Assembly (NCBI GenBank): GCA_043228905.1
Contig: JBHGNT010000020.1
Location: 806,001 to 870,000 of the forward strand
Length of the DNA: 64,000 nt
Origin: Azolla caroliniana
Lineage: Eukaryota > Plantae > Polypodiophyta
Direction: 5' to 3'
Below are positions 26,101 through 36,744 of the stretch, piece by piece (the stretch's first letter is position 1; every line of letters starts with the position of its first letter). The notes below the pieces were generated by a model. It was not told the DNA's origin, did no database searches, and worked only from the letters and a program-made list of their open reading frames with translations. The translations under genes and the position numbers were made by a program.

Positions 26101-26865
26101 ATAATCAACGGTGCTTTCCCCTCCTCCATGTGGGAAACATGTGAGCTCTTCCGAGCCCGGCCACTTGGCTAAGCCATTATATATGATCATCTGGTGTCGG
26201 CTTCCAAGTTCAAGCAGATGATGGCCAAAGCTTGTGGCATCCGCACCTTGATCCTTCGATGTACGTGTTATGCCTAAGGCTAAAGGGTCGACATTCACCA
26301 TTTCTAGGTTTCTATCCATCTGAAATATTGTGCATTGTCGGGACTGGGTTCTCGCATTGAAATCTCCTACCAGGAAGACTTCCCCTTGAGAAGAATATCG
26401 GATTATGTCATCCGACAAAGGTTCGTATGGAGAAGGCCCATGTGGCGTTCCTTCATCAACTATACTCGCCTCTCCAGCCATATTGTAGCGGGACCCTTTC
26501 GGGGGGAAGTAACAAACTGCGATAAATATCACCTGATCCTTACTAGTGAGGACTTTCACCCACATAAAACGGGCTTCTGGGTCTGACTTTAGTATTTCTA
26601 TCCTATTATTTATCTCTTTCCGAAATAATATCGCAACCCCCCCAGACCCTCTAGTAGTGTGTCGACGTGAGGTTTGTCTAAAGACAGATTCCCAACGAAA
26701 ACCGTCAACTCGTGGCAGTCCTCGATTTGGGCTTTGATGTGTTTCTACTACAAAAAGTATATCAGATACTTTCAAAATCTCCTCTAGACGGCCAGGATGT
26801 GTCCAAAGTGCGCCGTTACAGTTCCATAAAGTGATCCTAAGTTTATTATCTGTCACATGGGCCAC
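23119..26865 (-). CDS. LINE ORF2: AP endonuclease, reverse transcriptase, C-terminal CCHC finger (1248 aa, uninterrupted)
   Basis: WNCNG, ETH, GSGGVAIL, GDFNART, VDY, DH; QAGFR, DFRKAFD, GVKQGCPLSPTLF, YADD, YLG; RISSHQLEIENGR...CRLC...EDEYHF.C.CP.Y. Confidence 0.95.
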   Translation of the reverse strand: MAHVTDNKLRITLWNCNGALWTHPGRLEEILKVSDILFVVETHQSPNRGLPRVDGFRWESVFRQTSRRHTTRGSGGVAILFRKEINNRIEILKSDPEARFMWVKVLTSKDQVIFIAVCYFPPKGSRYNMAGEASIVDEGTPHGPSPYEPLSDDIIRYSSQGEVFLVGDFNARTQSRQCTIFQMDRNLEMVNVDPLALGITRTSKDQGADATSFGHHLLELGSRHQMIIYNGLAKWPGSEELTCFPHGGGESTVDYLIGRPEATHMVSSFRVAPCPIGADHTFLYFELKYDTSHTTNSSKPTHHTIIHFTHELADIYSRHVQAHLSSFDSSLPLENLTTELTHILHSAATSSFPYTKDSNHSRIGSMPQNKWYDEDCRELYRQLKVSRLSGTISLVQARKEMRKMTRRKRRAWEASQYWELYHMLMSRDCALAWKRLREPRPQTPIEDPNIWHTYTERLYHVPNQPPIPMPSTPRPTMGTLFTTSRVTKVIKKLQHRKSMDHTGLRAEHIIYARECLAPLLTLIFNRALAEGFPPQWAMNTVAPIHKGGDPMDPNTYRTIMIGHTLAKLYGAVMEAELSDYMETLSLRAPEQAGFRRAFSTIDHIFTLRCLIDQTKARKKKLYCCFVDFRKAFDTVPRERLFDRLKSLEIPNDMIWAIYALYEQVYGRVRCPGGLSDCFTSTIGVKQGCPLSPTLFGIYIDEITDFIARKGGKGVAIGDTQVSLLLYADDIVLLSESEHDLQKHLNALDDFCTQRGLVVNLAKTKVLIFHTSSRVRSKCHLILSHKLVEVVGSYVYLGVTFSARSGKFSMTQAAKDRLTRGYASLSLLERQCHQAYFQEPRTKGWLFDSLVTPSLMYASVVWAPGLPSFMWTQLERPLVVMLSRQLRSKSTVPHDIIRAEFSLPPMLVEALFQVVAFIHRIHSQPQDRISRRAFEASRSLHVSGDTNSWYSIVVSWLFANGIDINNLPPLKYNHGTDQTLISREDRNKVIRQDIWQIYTRYKWITPREPLPSKMVYYKEHFLHFSKLGFITRPRYLDTFLSNALRVAIGQLRISSHQLEIENGRANRVPREERLCRLCHIEIEDEYHFTCKCPTYAEIRAEYQDILGPSPTLSKLLDTPSVKRLGRYILELKQHREDKLQSVNHNPFTTHQHVPSVIFQEHGETMNVDTLMPLGLSLEEAEIQRATKRPRMLGFNTSQRGVEKIKKIRERELRRLEAMVGVPLTWGPRATSTSWQPFDPPLLFERLGWK

Positions 26866-26871
26866 ACGCCG

Positions 26872-27590
26872 TCAATTGGCGGCACGATCATTTATTATGA
26901 CACGTCCGTCCCGGTAGAAAGCACGATGCCCCTCTTTACGAGCTTGTATGACTCGCGGCATACAAGTTTTACGATGCTCAATTTGCATCTTGGTCAAGTC
27001 TTCATCGAGGTAGATAGGCTCCCCGCCCAAGCCTCGAAGAATTGGTCTTTTTTTAAAAAAGGCGATTCTAGATTCTGAGTCCTTATGAAGGACTAAAGCT
27101 CTTTTCCTAGTTGTGTCACGCCCTACCCTCCAGGTTTTAGTGATTGGTAGGGCTTCGTACCCTAACATTTTCCCTAATGTTTGTGCATCTTCATCCGGAG
27201 ATGCCCCTTCCTTGAGCCCAGTAACTCGTACATTTAGGCGTCGAGCTTGACGCATTTTTTCTTCCTCGAGGGTAGTGTTTACAATGTTTTCATCCTTTAG
27301 TTCTTTTTTAATATTACGTTTTACTACATCAACCCACCCAGTTTTAGCTAATTCCATATCACTTTTAACCTCTTCTTTAACCTTTTTTATCTCGTCCTTA
27401 ATATCCTCTAGGGAAGATATTTCACCATCTTCCCTAGATATCTCGAGGTCCTTAACTTGTTTTCGGAGATTCACATTGTCTACCTTAAGTTTCGCTATTT
27501 CCGCAAAAAGTAGTTCTATTTCTTCCTTATCTTTTTGTTTTTCAACTTCAATTTCTTTCGCCCATTTTTCAAATTTTACTAACCGGATTT
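26872..27590 (-). CDS. LINE ORF1 (coiled coil plus L1-type RRM/CTD-like region); 5' end disrupted
   Basis: RRLNVRVTGLKE...WRVGR...IYLDEDLT; frame open to ~27590, where a 23-bp tandem duplication introduces a stop; no ATG seen. Confidence 0.75.
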
Positions 27591-27989
27591 TTCAAATTTT
27601 ACTAACCGGAAGTACCATGTCTCAAATGGGAAATGGAGGGGGGGGGGGGGGGGGGGAGGTAAATAGGAACCTCACTAAATAAGGTAGCCGCAAAAAGGAA
27701 AGTTTTGAACACACCACTTGTTCCAAACGAGGTCTCTAAAATATAACCTTATTTCAAAGTTCGCAAACAAGAAGGAAAGACAAACATAATGGGGTATTGT
27801 GAGCAAATGGAAAAACAAGCATGATTTTTGTTCTTAGTGGGTGCACTCCTTGTGGAAAGTGTATATTTGAGCCATACCCACTTGTAGTTTTCAATAAGAT
27901 GAAAGCCGTTCACCATTAAAACATTATACCCCCCACAAATAAATGGAGTGCATGCTTTGATTCTAGGCTTCAAGCCTGTTCGAAATCGT

Positions 27990-29020
27990 ATTACCTTTTG
28001 GAGAGCCAATGCAACCAAAGTGATACTTGTGGATGGGAAACAAAACTAATGTTGTTCAATGCAATGGTAACTCAAGTATTGCTTTATGGAGTAGAAGTAT
28101 GGGGTGGCACCATCTCTCTTAATGCATCGAATGAGATTGAGAAAATTCAAAATATGTTCTCAAGGAGGAAATTAGGAGATAAATGCACTGCCTCTTACCA
28201 GGTTATGCTCTTGGAAACCGGTGTTCGACCGATAGAAATATTGACACTCCAAAGAGTATATAGATACATTACAAAGGTCAAGAATATGCCGAATCATCGA
28301 TTACCACATCTTGCTTGGAATGTTGGATGTAAGCTACAAAAGAATCGTAAGAGTAAAATTCTCTCATCCGGTCTCATCCGGTTGGGTTGTTGACATAAGG
28401 AAATGGTTTAGAAGATGGGGTGTGGATGATCTTTTAGAGCTTTCGGGTGATACTATGCAGTATGTAATGATTGAGGAAAGGCTGGTGGAATCATTAAGGA
28501 TGATGTGAGAATATGCTAAGAGGACAAAGTTAGAATACTACATTGCAAATGTCAACCCTAAATGTTGGTCTCAATATAAAGCAAGAATACCTATTGATCT
28601 TATCCAACCTTATCTCATTACCAATATGAGTAGTAATGCTTGCAGAGTCCGTACACTACTTCACACTCGATCTAACAAGTTAGGTATTGCAGTTGCATCA
28701 TGGTATCAAAATGTAATGAATTTGAAGGCATGTAAAGTATGCAATGAAGGCATGGTAGAGGATGAATGTCACTTGCTCTTCACATGCTTGGCATACAGTG
28801 CAATTTGTTCAAGATATGCTGACATACTAAGAGGGAGTGATAGCTTAAGTGCCATACTTAAGACACCACCTAGAAGGTTGAGCTCATATGTGTATGCTTT
28901 ATTCACGCATAGAGACTTTTTACTTCAATGTATGAATACCCCTTTTTAGGAAGGACACGCATATCAAGAACACATGTATAAATTGGCCCCTTTATGGACG
29001 ATAAAAATTCTAATTCTAAG
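27990..29020 (+). pseudogene. 5'-truncated, decayed LINE ORF2 C-terminus of a related family
   Basis: LFNAMVTQVLLYGVEVWG...ETG; CKVC...VEDECHLLFTC.AY...R; ends TTGGCCCC..GGACGATAAAA(ATTCTA)2. Confidence 0.8.
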
Positions 29021-29341
29021 ACATAGCATTAACAATTACGTGATTGTTTAATGACTTATTCTAGCCAGAGCAAAAAATACATAACATTAAGATTTGAGTG
29101 TGACAGTATACACTAGCAATTATTTGCGTGACCTAATGTCTATACACTCCTCTATACAAAGGTACTTGTGCACCATGTTAGCATACACAAGCTTTCTAAA
29201 CATGGATATGTTTACATACATTGTTGAACACCTTTGCATACAATGCTCCCATATACACTACACACACATAACCATATCTCCATTTACTCATAAACACGCA
29301 CACAATCAATCCTACACGGACCTTTTACGCAACACATGCAC

Positions 29342-29342
<1 letters not shown>

Positions 29343-29400
<58 letters not shown>
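29343..29400. repeat. (CA)n microsatellite
   Basis: Pure CA run. Confidence 0.95.
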
Positions 29401-29402
<2 letters not shown>

Positions 29403-31873
29403 TCATGCATGAAGCCTCTTACACATGTTTTACATACAACCTTTTGTGGTGGTTGCTTTGTTTTTGGAAGGTCCAATACCATATTATTTTGTTGGAGACT
29501 CAACTTTGTTCATAGGAAAAGGCAAAGACACTGTTATTTATTCTATGATGAGTGATAATGGACATTTAGAATCCTAAGGAAGTGGTTATTGGACGTTCTC
29601 TTTCGTGCTTAGAATCATCATAGAGAAAAGCAAATTGAACCCATTCTAGTTGGGCTAACTTTGAAGTTCATAATCTATTTTATTCGTCGTATTCAACCAA
29701 CTCCCACACTTTCCTAAAAGTCGGACCAAAAGTGTTCTTTTTCCATATAATAACCAATTTTGTAATTCTTCTAGGAAAAATTATATGTAACGAAACCTCT
29801 TTTTTGCTTGATGAAAGGACAATGGTTATATAGGGTAAATCATGAATCCATTTTTTAGACATAATTTTTTTATTTTTAGCTTCATTCTCAAAAAGTGATA
29901 AACCTTTTCAAACTCATGTATTTTGTGTTTTCTTATTGGTCATGCCTTGCCCAAATTTGGCCATGTTTTAAAGTTCTTAATGACAAGAAATGCCTTTTTA
30001 CCATGTACTCTCTTGTAAATGATGGTTTGAATTTTCTTATTATCAAGGATGACGTTGGCAAACTCACATGATAGGAAGCTTTGCCAAATAACCAAATTCA
30101 CATTATAGGAAGCCACATATGGATTGCTCAAATATGTTATTGAATAATATGATTTACATTGTTTGGTGGTAACTTTATTTTACTCCATGCTCTATGAGTA
30201 TTTATTCGTATTGTTAGAAAAAATGCATTTGCATTCCTCACGGGTGATTACCTATGTTTTTATGGAATACCATTATCATTAAATACAAGGAATGATGCTA
30301 AATACCATTATCGTTTCAGGAAATCCTCCAAACTTATCTAGCATTCACAATGTTTTATGTTGTGTACAAACAAAGCAAAACACAAATTTACAAAGGACAC
30401 AATAGAAAAACTAGAAAGAGATCCCAAGTATATGGATGCTTACTAAGATGATCTCACTAATCATATGGTCAAAGGCTCCTAATGTAACCTTTTGGTGTCT
30501 AGGACAAACAAGTTAAACACCAAAACAGACAATTGTAATATTTGCATAGATGTGAAACAACATAGAAGACTGCCACATGGTCTCACGGTCTCTTACCAAC
30601 TCCAAAATTTAAGCCGGGGATTGCCCTAACCTTGTTTCTAGACCAACAATTGGTAATTTGTTGTGTGATATTCTAGTTATAGTCAGAATGCATGGTGCAT
30701 GGCTGTTGCTTTAAGATATAAGGGTTTTGGTTGAATCGACTTTCTGTTCATATTTGGTTGAACTCACTTTCCATTGGCCATGGAGGCAGATGGAACATCT
30801 GCCCCAGAAGGGACATGAAACAAATCCAATTAGCATGTAACACCATTTCACAGTTTGACACCGATCACTTATGTTATAGAGGTTTACCATGTATACATAA
30901 CTACACAGTTTTTGGTACTCCTAAAATACATGATTGCGAATGCTACAAACACATAGTAAAATGTGGAATCTGGACAGTAGGTTCCTTTTCTCACGAGTTT
31001 TCACTTGTCTCAAAGGCTTGACATTACAAAACAAGAGAAAAATATCTATAACATTACTCACTGAGGTTTGACATAACACATATCAGATTGAGACCAGAGA
31101 AAAACCAATCATTGGGATATCTGATAACAGTTTCTTGTAACTCCTAAAGATTGATTGAGACGCAGCAACAAAACTTCATTTGAAGCAATTTCCAACTATA
31201 GGGTAAAGCAGAGACGTTAAAGGATTTGCAATTGACATTAATGAGAGCTGCGATTGATTGTACATTAAATTTTGATTTAATATTACATACAAGAGCTCGG
31301 TCACTTCACTTAAGAGACCTCATGTACTTCAGAGATATAACATGAAAATTAGACTTGTAATATTTACAACAGAATCAGAATAATCCTAAAAACACCACCC
31401 TATGTATATATATATATATATATATATAAAGACAAGAACAGCTTATAAAACCCTTTACTGAACCCAGTGGTTAATAAATATGGAGCTTTGACATTCTCAA
31501 ACATCGAGAAATTCCAAAATATGTTGGACTTTGCCCGAAGGGAGGGTGTAGACCCCTGAGAAGGATTGAGATAAGTTGTATCCTCATTCAGATCAATTCT
31601 GCAACTTACACAGATCCTAATTGGAGGATCAAGGCAAGCTCTATACCCATTCAGCATATCCCAATCTAGTTTAGAGATAACTAGTGTACATTTAAGACCC
31701 CGCAAATGAATCTCCTTGAGACAGATACCATTTCTCTGACCTGAAGATGTTGGCTTCAAGATCTTAACCTCAGCTTTCAGGTTCAATGGTGAACACAAAT
31801 TGCTGTATTTCATACAAGAACCCAAATATACTTGCCACATAAATAGGGGACAAAATGAATTCCATCAAAAGCT

Positions 31874-34800
31874 TTAACCAGAATCATTAAAATTGTGATC
31901 CTCAAATGTTCTGAAGGCTCCAGATGCCCTATCATATCGCTCATGTCTGAAAATTCGTAGTCGGCCTTCCTACAAAACTCAAAAAACAGTGTGTTGATGT
32001 GTTTTAAGCTAGTGCTGCACGAAGTTCAACCCTAAAAGCAAAATAATGTCACTAACCTTAGTACCATACACAAACCCTCCCCCAACTATGGGGTGAAAAC
32101 AAGCAACATTGACTTCATCCTCTGCACTTGGAAGCACTTTCACAAGCTCCATATCAGAAACTCTGTATACCTGTTGTGTCAAAGATGATCATATTATATG
32201 TATGTATGAATTATTGCTAGTTTAGTCGCTTTGTTGAGATTTATTCGTTACTAATAAGAAGAGAACTTAGTTGAACAATGGTAAGCAAAAAATCAAACCT
32301 CTAAGATTGTAAAGGTTGGAACTGTTGTTGTCCCCCTTAATACAAAATTCCTTAAAAGGGAGATGTGTCTCCGGCCATATGCTAATAAAATATGGTCAGA
32401 GGCAGGGGAAAACTGTACAGAATACACCATACCATGAAAAATTAATATTTTGAACCTTCAATTCTTAACCGATAATAACACATGTTACAAAGGGGATAGA
32501 ACACAACATTGCAAACAGACCTGAATGGAGGTAAGACAATGAGCAGCTCTTATAGCTCGGGATGCAAGCACTTGTCCGAACCTAGGAAAAAAGGGAAAAC
32601 TATTCTCATCCTTCATCTCAAGTAGAAAATAGAAGACTTACGGAAAAAAACTGAAATACTCCTGTGCATTTTCATTATATTTTCCCAAATGCTCCTAAGT
32701 TGTCCCCCTTCCCAAATGCCCTTGGTCAACCCCATTCTAGCAAGCAATCATAAATGGTGAGTTTAGCCCTGTTTCATCTGCTCCAGAGGATGACCATGGC
32801 AATCTAGGAAAAACTGAAAACCTTGGAGCATTTGGGAAGAAGAACTCACGTATTTCAGAGTTTTTCCCTTAAATTAGTGAAGTACTAAGGAAACTTACGT
32901 GGCCTTTTCCAAGGAATATACTCTAAGTTCATATATAACATGCTGAGCTGAAATTGGATGGCGAGTTGGAGAGGTCCCTGCTGAAGTTGTCTGCGGTCTT
33001 AAATAAAATGGTGCATCTGAATCAGGTGTAGGTAATACACATGCCACACATGCAGCTAAAAACCGGCCACATGGTGAGAAGTGGGCACCCATTTCACTGC
33101 AATGAAACATAATGCAATGCTTTCATCATACAGAAATTTCTGCTTCATAAAGTACTAAACCACAACATATCTACGTTAGAGAATCTAAACTTCACACATA
33201 TATCCCTTCATAGTATCAAAACCCATTATTATATGCACATAATAGGGAAATATAACACTAACACATTTTTATTACCACCGCCACTCTAAGAGGCAACCTA
33301 TTATTCTTTTACAATCCTCGTCCAGGGATAAGCTATTCTTTACAGTTCTATTTAAATTGATAAACTATATGATATTTATTGTTCCCTCTTTTGGAAAACA
33401 GGGCTATATATCAACTGTGTTAAAAAACCATCAGAATTATTAAGCATCCAAATTCTCATGATATATGCTCCGGCACTACATAGTTCATATTTTAGAAAAC
33501 AGAGCTGGAATAACCAATGTCTCATAAAATAGGTCGTTGTATGTGTGTAAATGAGGCCTTTTTGCAACACCAGTGTATCATGACATGGGAAAAATGTGGA
33601 GGGTCACACTTCACACATTATACTACATATGTTGCACCTAACTACAAAACCATATTCTCCACCAAACACATCAATACATGTTAGAACCCATTCTGTTGTT
33701 TGCATCCGAACCATTGTTTCCATGCAACTTAGCTCACATGCACTGCGATATGAGATGGGGCGTTGGGGGACAATTGATGAGAGTTGTTGACTATGCGCAT
33801 TTTGCCCAAAACAAGTTTGGTAGTCAGAGTATCACAGTTTGATACAATGCTCTCTCTGCCTTTGATCACATTCAACTATGGTTTCCACAAATCTTCGACC
33901 AAACCCAACCCTTGCATGAATTTCTCTCAATTGCAACATTCATCAGTAAAGTTCTTGAACATCGAGAGCCGCTGCTCACTTTCACACGTATAATGTGAAA
34001 TGTAATATTTTTTGGTCTCATAGGTCCTATACATGAATGCCTCTAGAAGAAGAATCTGCCAATTGTGTCATCAAGGAGAGAATCTGAAGAGCAATATGTT
34101 TGTCAATATAGTGCCTTCTATGAAATAAGAGGGAGATACCATTGTCCCTTTAAACAAAACAAGGCTTTGGCCCACTACCCAAGGTAATGGAATATGATGA
34201 CCAAAGGTGCCTAGAACTTTTCTTGCTAGAATGCCAAAGAGACATGTAAAAGTTTTTGAAGGACAACAATACAGCCACACAAGCTCACAAGGCTTTGGCC
34301 CACTACACAAGGTAATGGAATATGAGGACCAACAATGCCTAGGACTTTTCTTGCTAGAACTCAAAAGACACAGGGAAAAGTTGTCGAAGGACAACAACTT
34401 TCTTTGGCCTCATCAATCCCACTAAGGCTACAAGTCAATAAAGGGCTACACAAATGGGGTCCCGACCACGAGATAACAAAGGGATTACAATAGATCGAGC
34501 AATAGCAATTTGTTGTGCACTTAGGACCTGGCCCCTGGACCACAATCTCACCACCCTTGTCATTGACAAATAAAGGCCATTATCTCCCACCATCGCAGGT
34601 GCTTCCCTCGCTTTGGAGACGTCTCCATTCTGAATCGACTTATGCTAGAGATCTTTTGAAGACAAAATTACAATATATCGTACTTGAGAATCATATATGT
34701 GTCAATAACAAGATTTTTTTTATCTTAATTACTTTTCTTTTGTTTGCTTAGTAATATTTATTTATTTTGATTTGTTCTCAAAGATGAGACAACACTCCCT

Positions 34801-36695
34801 CTCTCCCCCTCCCTCTCCATCCCCCCCCCCCCCCTCCTCTCCCCTTATTTTGGAAGTAGTGAATTTGTCGGGTAACAAAAAACTTTGCCTTGAACTCTTT
34901 GATCATGACAAAATAGCCTGATGAAAAAACATGAGAGATCTGTTTGGAAATTCCAGCACTGCCTAGAGATATTTTGTACTGCCTCGACTAAATAAAAGTG
35001 GTACATCACTATTTCCAAGTACATTAAGGAGAGAGTGTTGCTTTACCACAAGGACTCTAGCTAGTTTTCTACTAGCGCAGAATTGAGAAGGGTAGATGAG
35101 GTTCAAGCCAGTTAAGAAATCAAGGTGTGGAACTTTTTTAGAAGTAGAATTCAGCTATGAGAGGGAGATATTTCATCCTTTATTTCACTACCTAGTCATG
35201 AAGTCCTGGTTCAGTGATAAAGTTTACTTTCCAAGCTAAATCATTTAGGCTTGATGCTTTACCAATCCTAGTACCAATAAGTACCATTCATTTACTAATA
35301 CAATCTGGTTGGTGAAAAAGAAAACAACACTACCTGCATAGCACTGCATGTGGGATTGTCAGTCGGCATGTCTCTGGATCAAGAACTCCAGTTGGATTCT
35401 TCATATTGTGGGGCCAAATTCGTAGCTTTACTGTACATGGTAACTCTGCAGCAGCAGTAGCCGCCGCTATTGAAAGTTGAGGTGCATTTTCTGATGCAAT
35501 CATACCTATACTAGGGTCCCTACTAGCAAAACCATGAAGAATTCCCACATGTACAGAAGTAGCTCCTCCACTGGAACCAGAATTCAGCGATACTCTGGAA
35601 GCATTTCCTCTTGGAGCATTAACTAATCTGTTTCCATTTCTAGCAATAGATGGGGTTACCTCAGCACCCTGATTTGCCTCTTGATGATGTTGAAGACCTC
35701 TTGCTTCAACAGAAACGTTAGGAACAGCAAATATACCATGCTGACTACGTAACATTGGTTGCACAAATTCCGCCTGGGTTTGACCCATGACCCAACCCTG
35801 CAAGAATGGCAATTCCCAGCCTGGTGAATCACCTCCAACATTAAATGAAGACTGGGGAATATTATCTCCGACCAACACCTGAACATTAAAATTGCTCCAC
35901 AAATTTATCCCATCAATCTGTCTCTCCTCTAGAATCGTTGGCAAGTTCACTCCGAGCAATGAATCACTTGTTTCACTTCTTGGCAATATCCCAAGAAAAT
36001 TGTGGTTATTATTTCCAGCAGCAGAAGTTCCAGGATTTCTCCTATGAGAGCCATCAGCTACGGCTTCTTCTTTGCCAGCCCTATGAAGCATATCTACACT
36101 AGATCCCATATCCCTAGTGTCTTCTCGCATATATGGGATGTCATTAATAGCTTCATGTTCTGTTGCTGACACATCCATGGGTGTAGCCTCAGAGTTGATG
36201 CCAGTTATGTCATCCATCACTGGAATATGATGCATAACCCTAGTGTTCTCTTGGGCTGGTTGGATATCATTATCACTAACCCATGTAGAAGATGGCAAAG
36301 GGATCTCGCTATTTGCAGCATTGGTATATTCAGACTTCTGTACATTGGCAAATGGCTGCTGGACTGGTGTTCGAAAAAATGCAGGAAGGGGATATTGAAT
36401 ATAACCTGCTGAAGTTGCAACAGTCATAGGGCAATCAGGGGTATCTAATCCAATTACCTGTAAAATGAGCAGCATAATTGTCAAAGTGATCTCAAGGTTG
36501 AGGATTGTGGGTTTATCAACATTATACTGACCTCCGCAGTAAGCAAAAGGGGAGCGCCATGGGGATGGAAATGCACAGCACGGAGAGAGCGGCGTGTTCT
36601 CAGTACAATCACAGGAGATGCTGAATCCTCTGCATGTCTATTGTATTGCCATATGTAAAGCTGAGGAAAACACATGAACAATTACTATGCAAGGA

Positions 36696-36744
<49 letters not shown>

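Larger units (their letters stand above)
22886..27740 (-). mobile_element. Near full-length LINE (RTEX/CR1-like architecture) with (TTTC)n tail
   Basis: ORF1 followed by intact ORF2, 3' UTR and a (AAAG)n tract at 22886-22915 on +. 5' end approximate; no TSD found. Confidence 0.9.
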
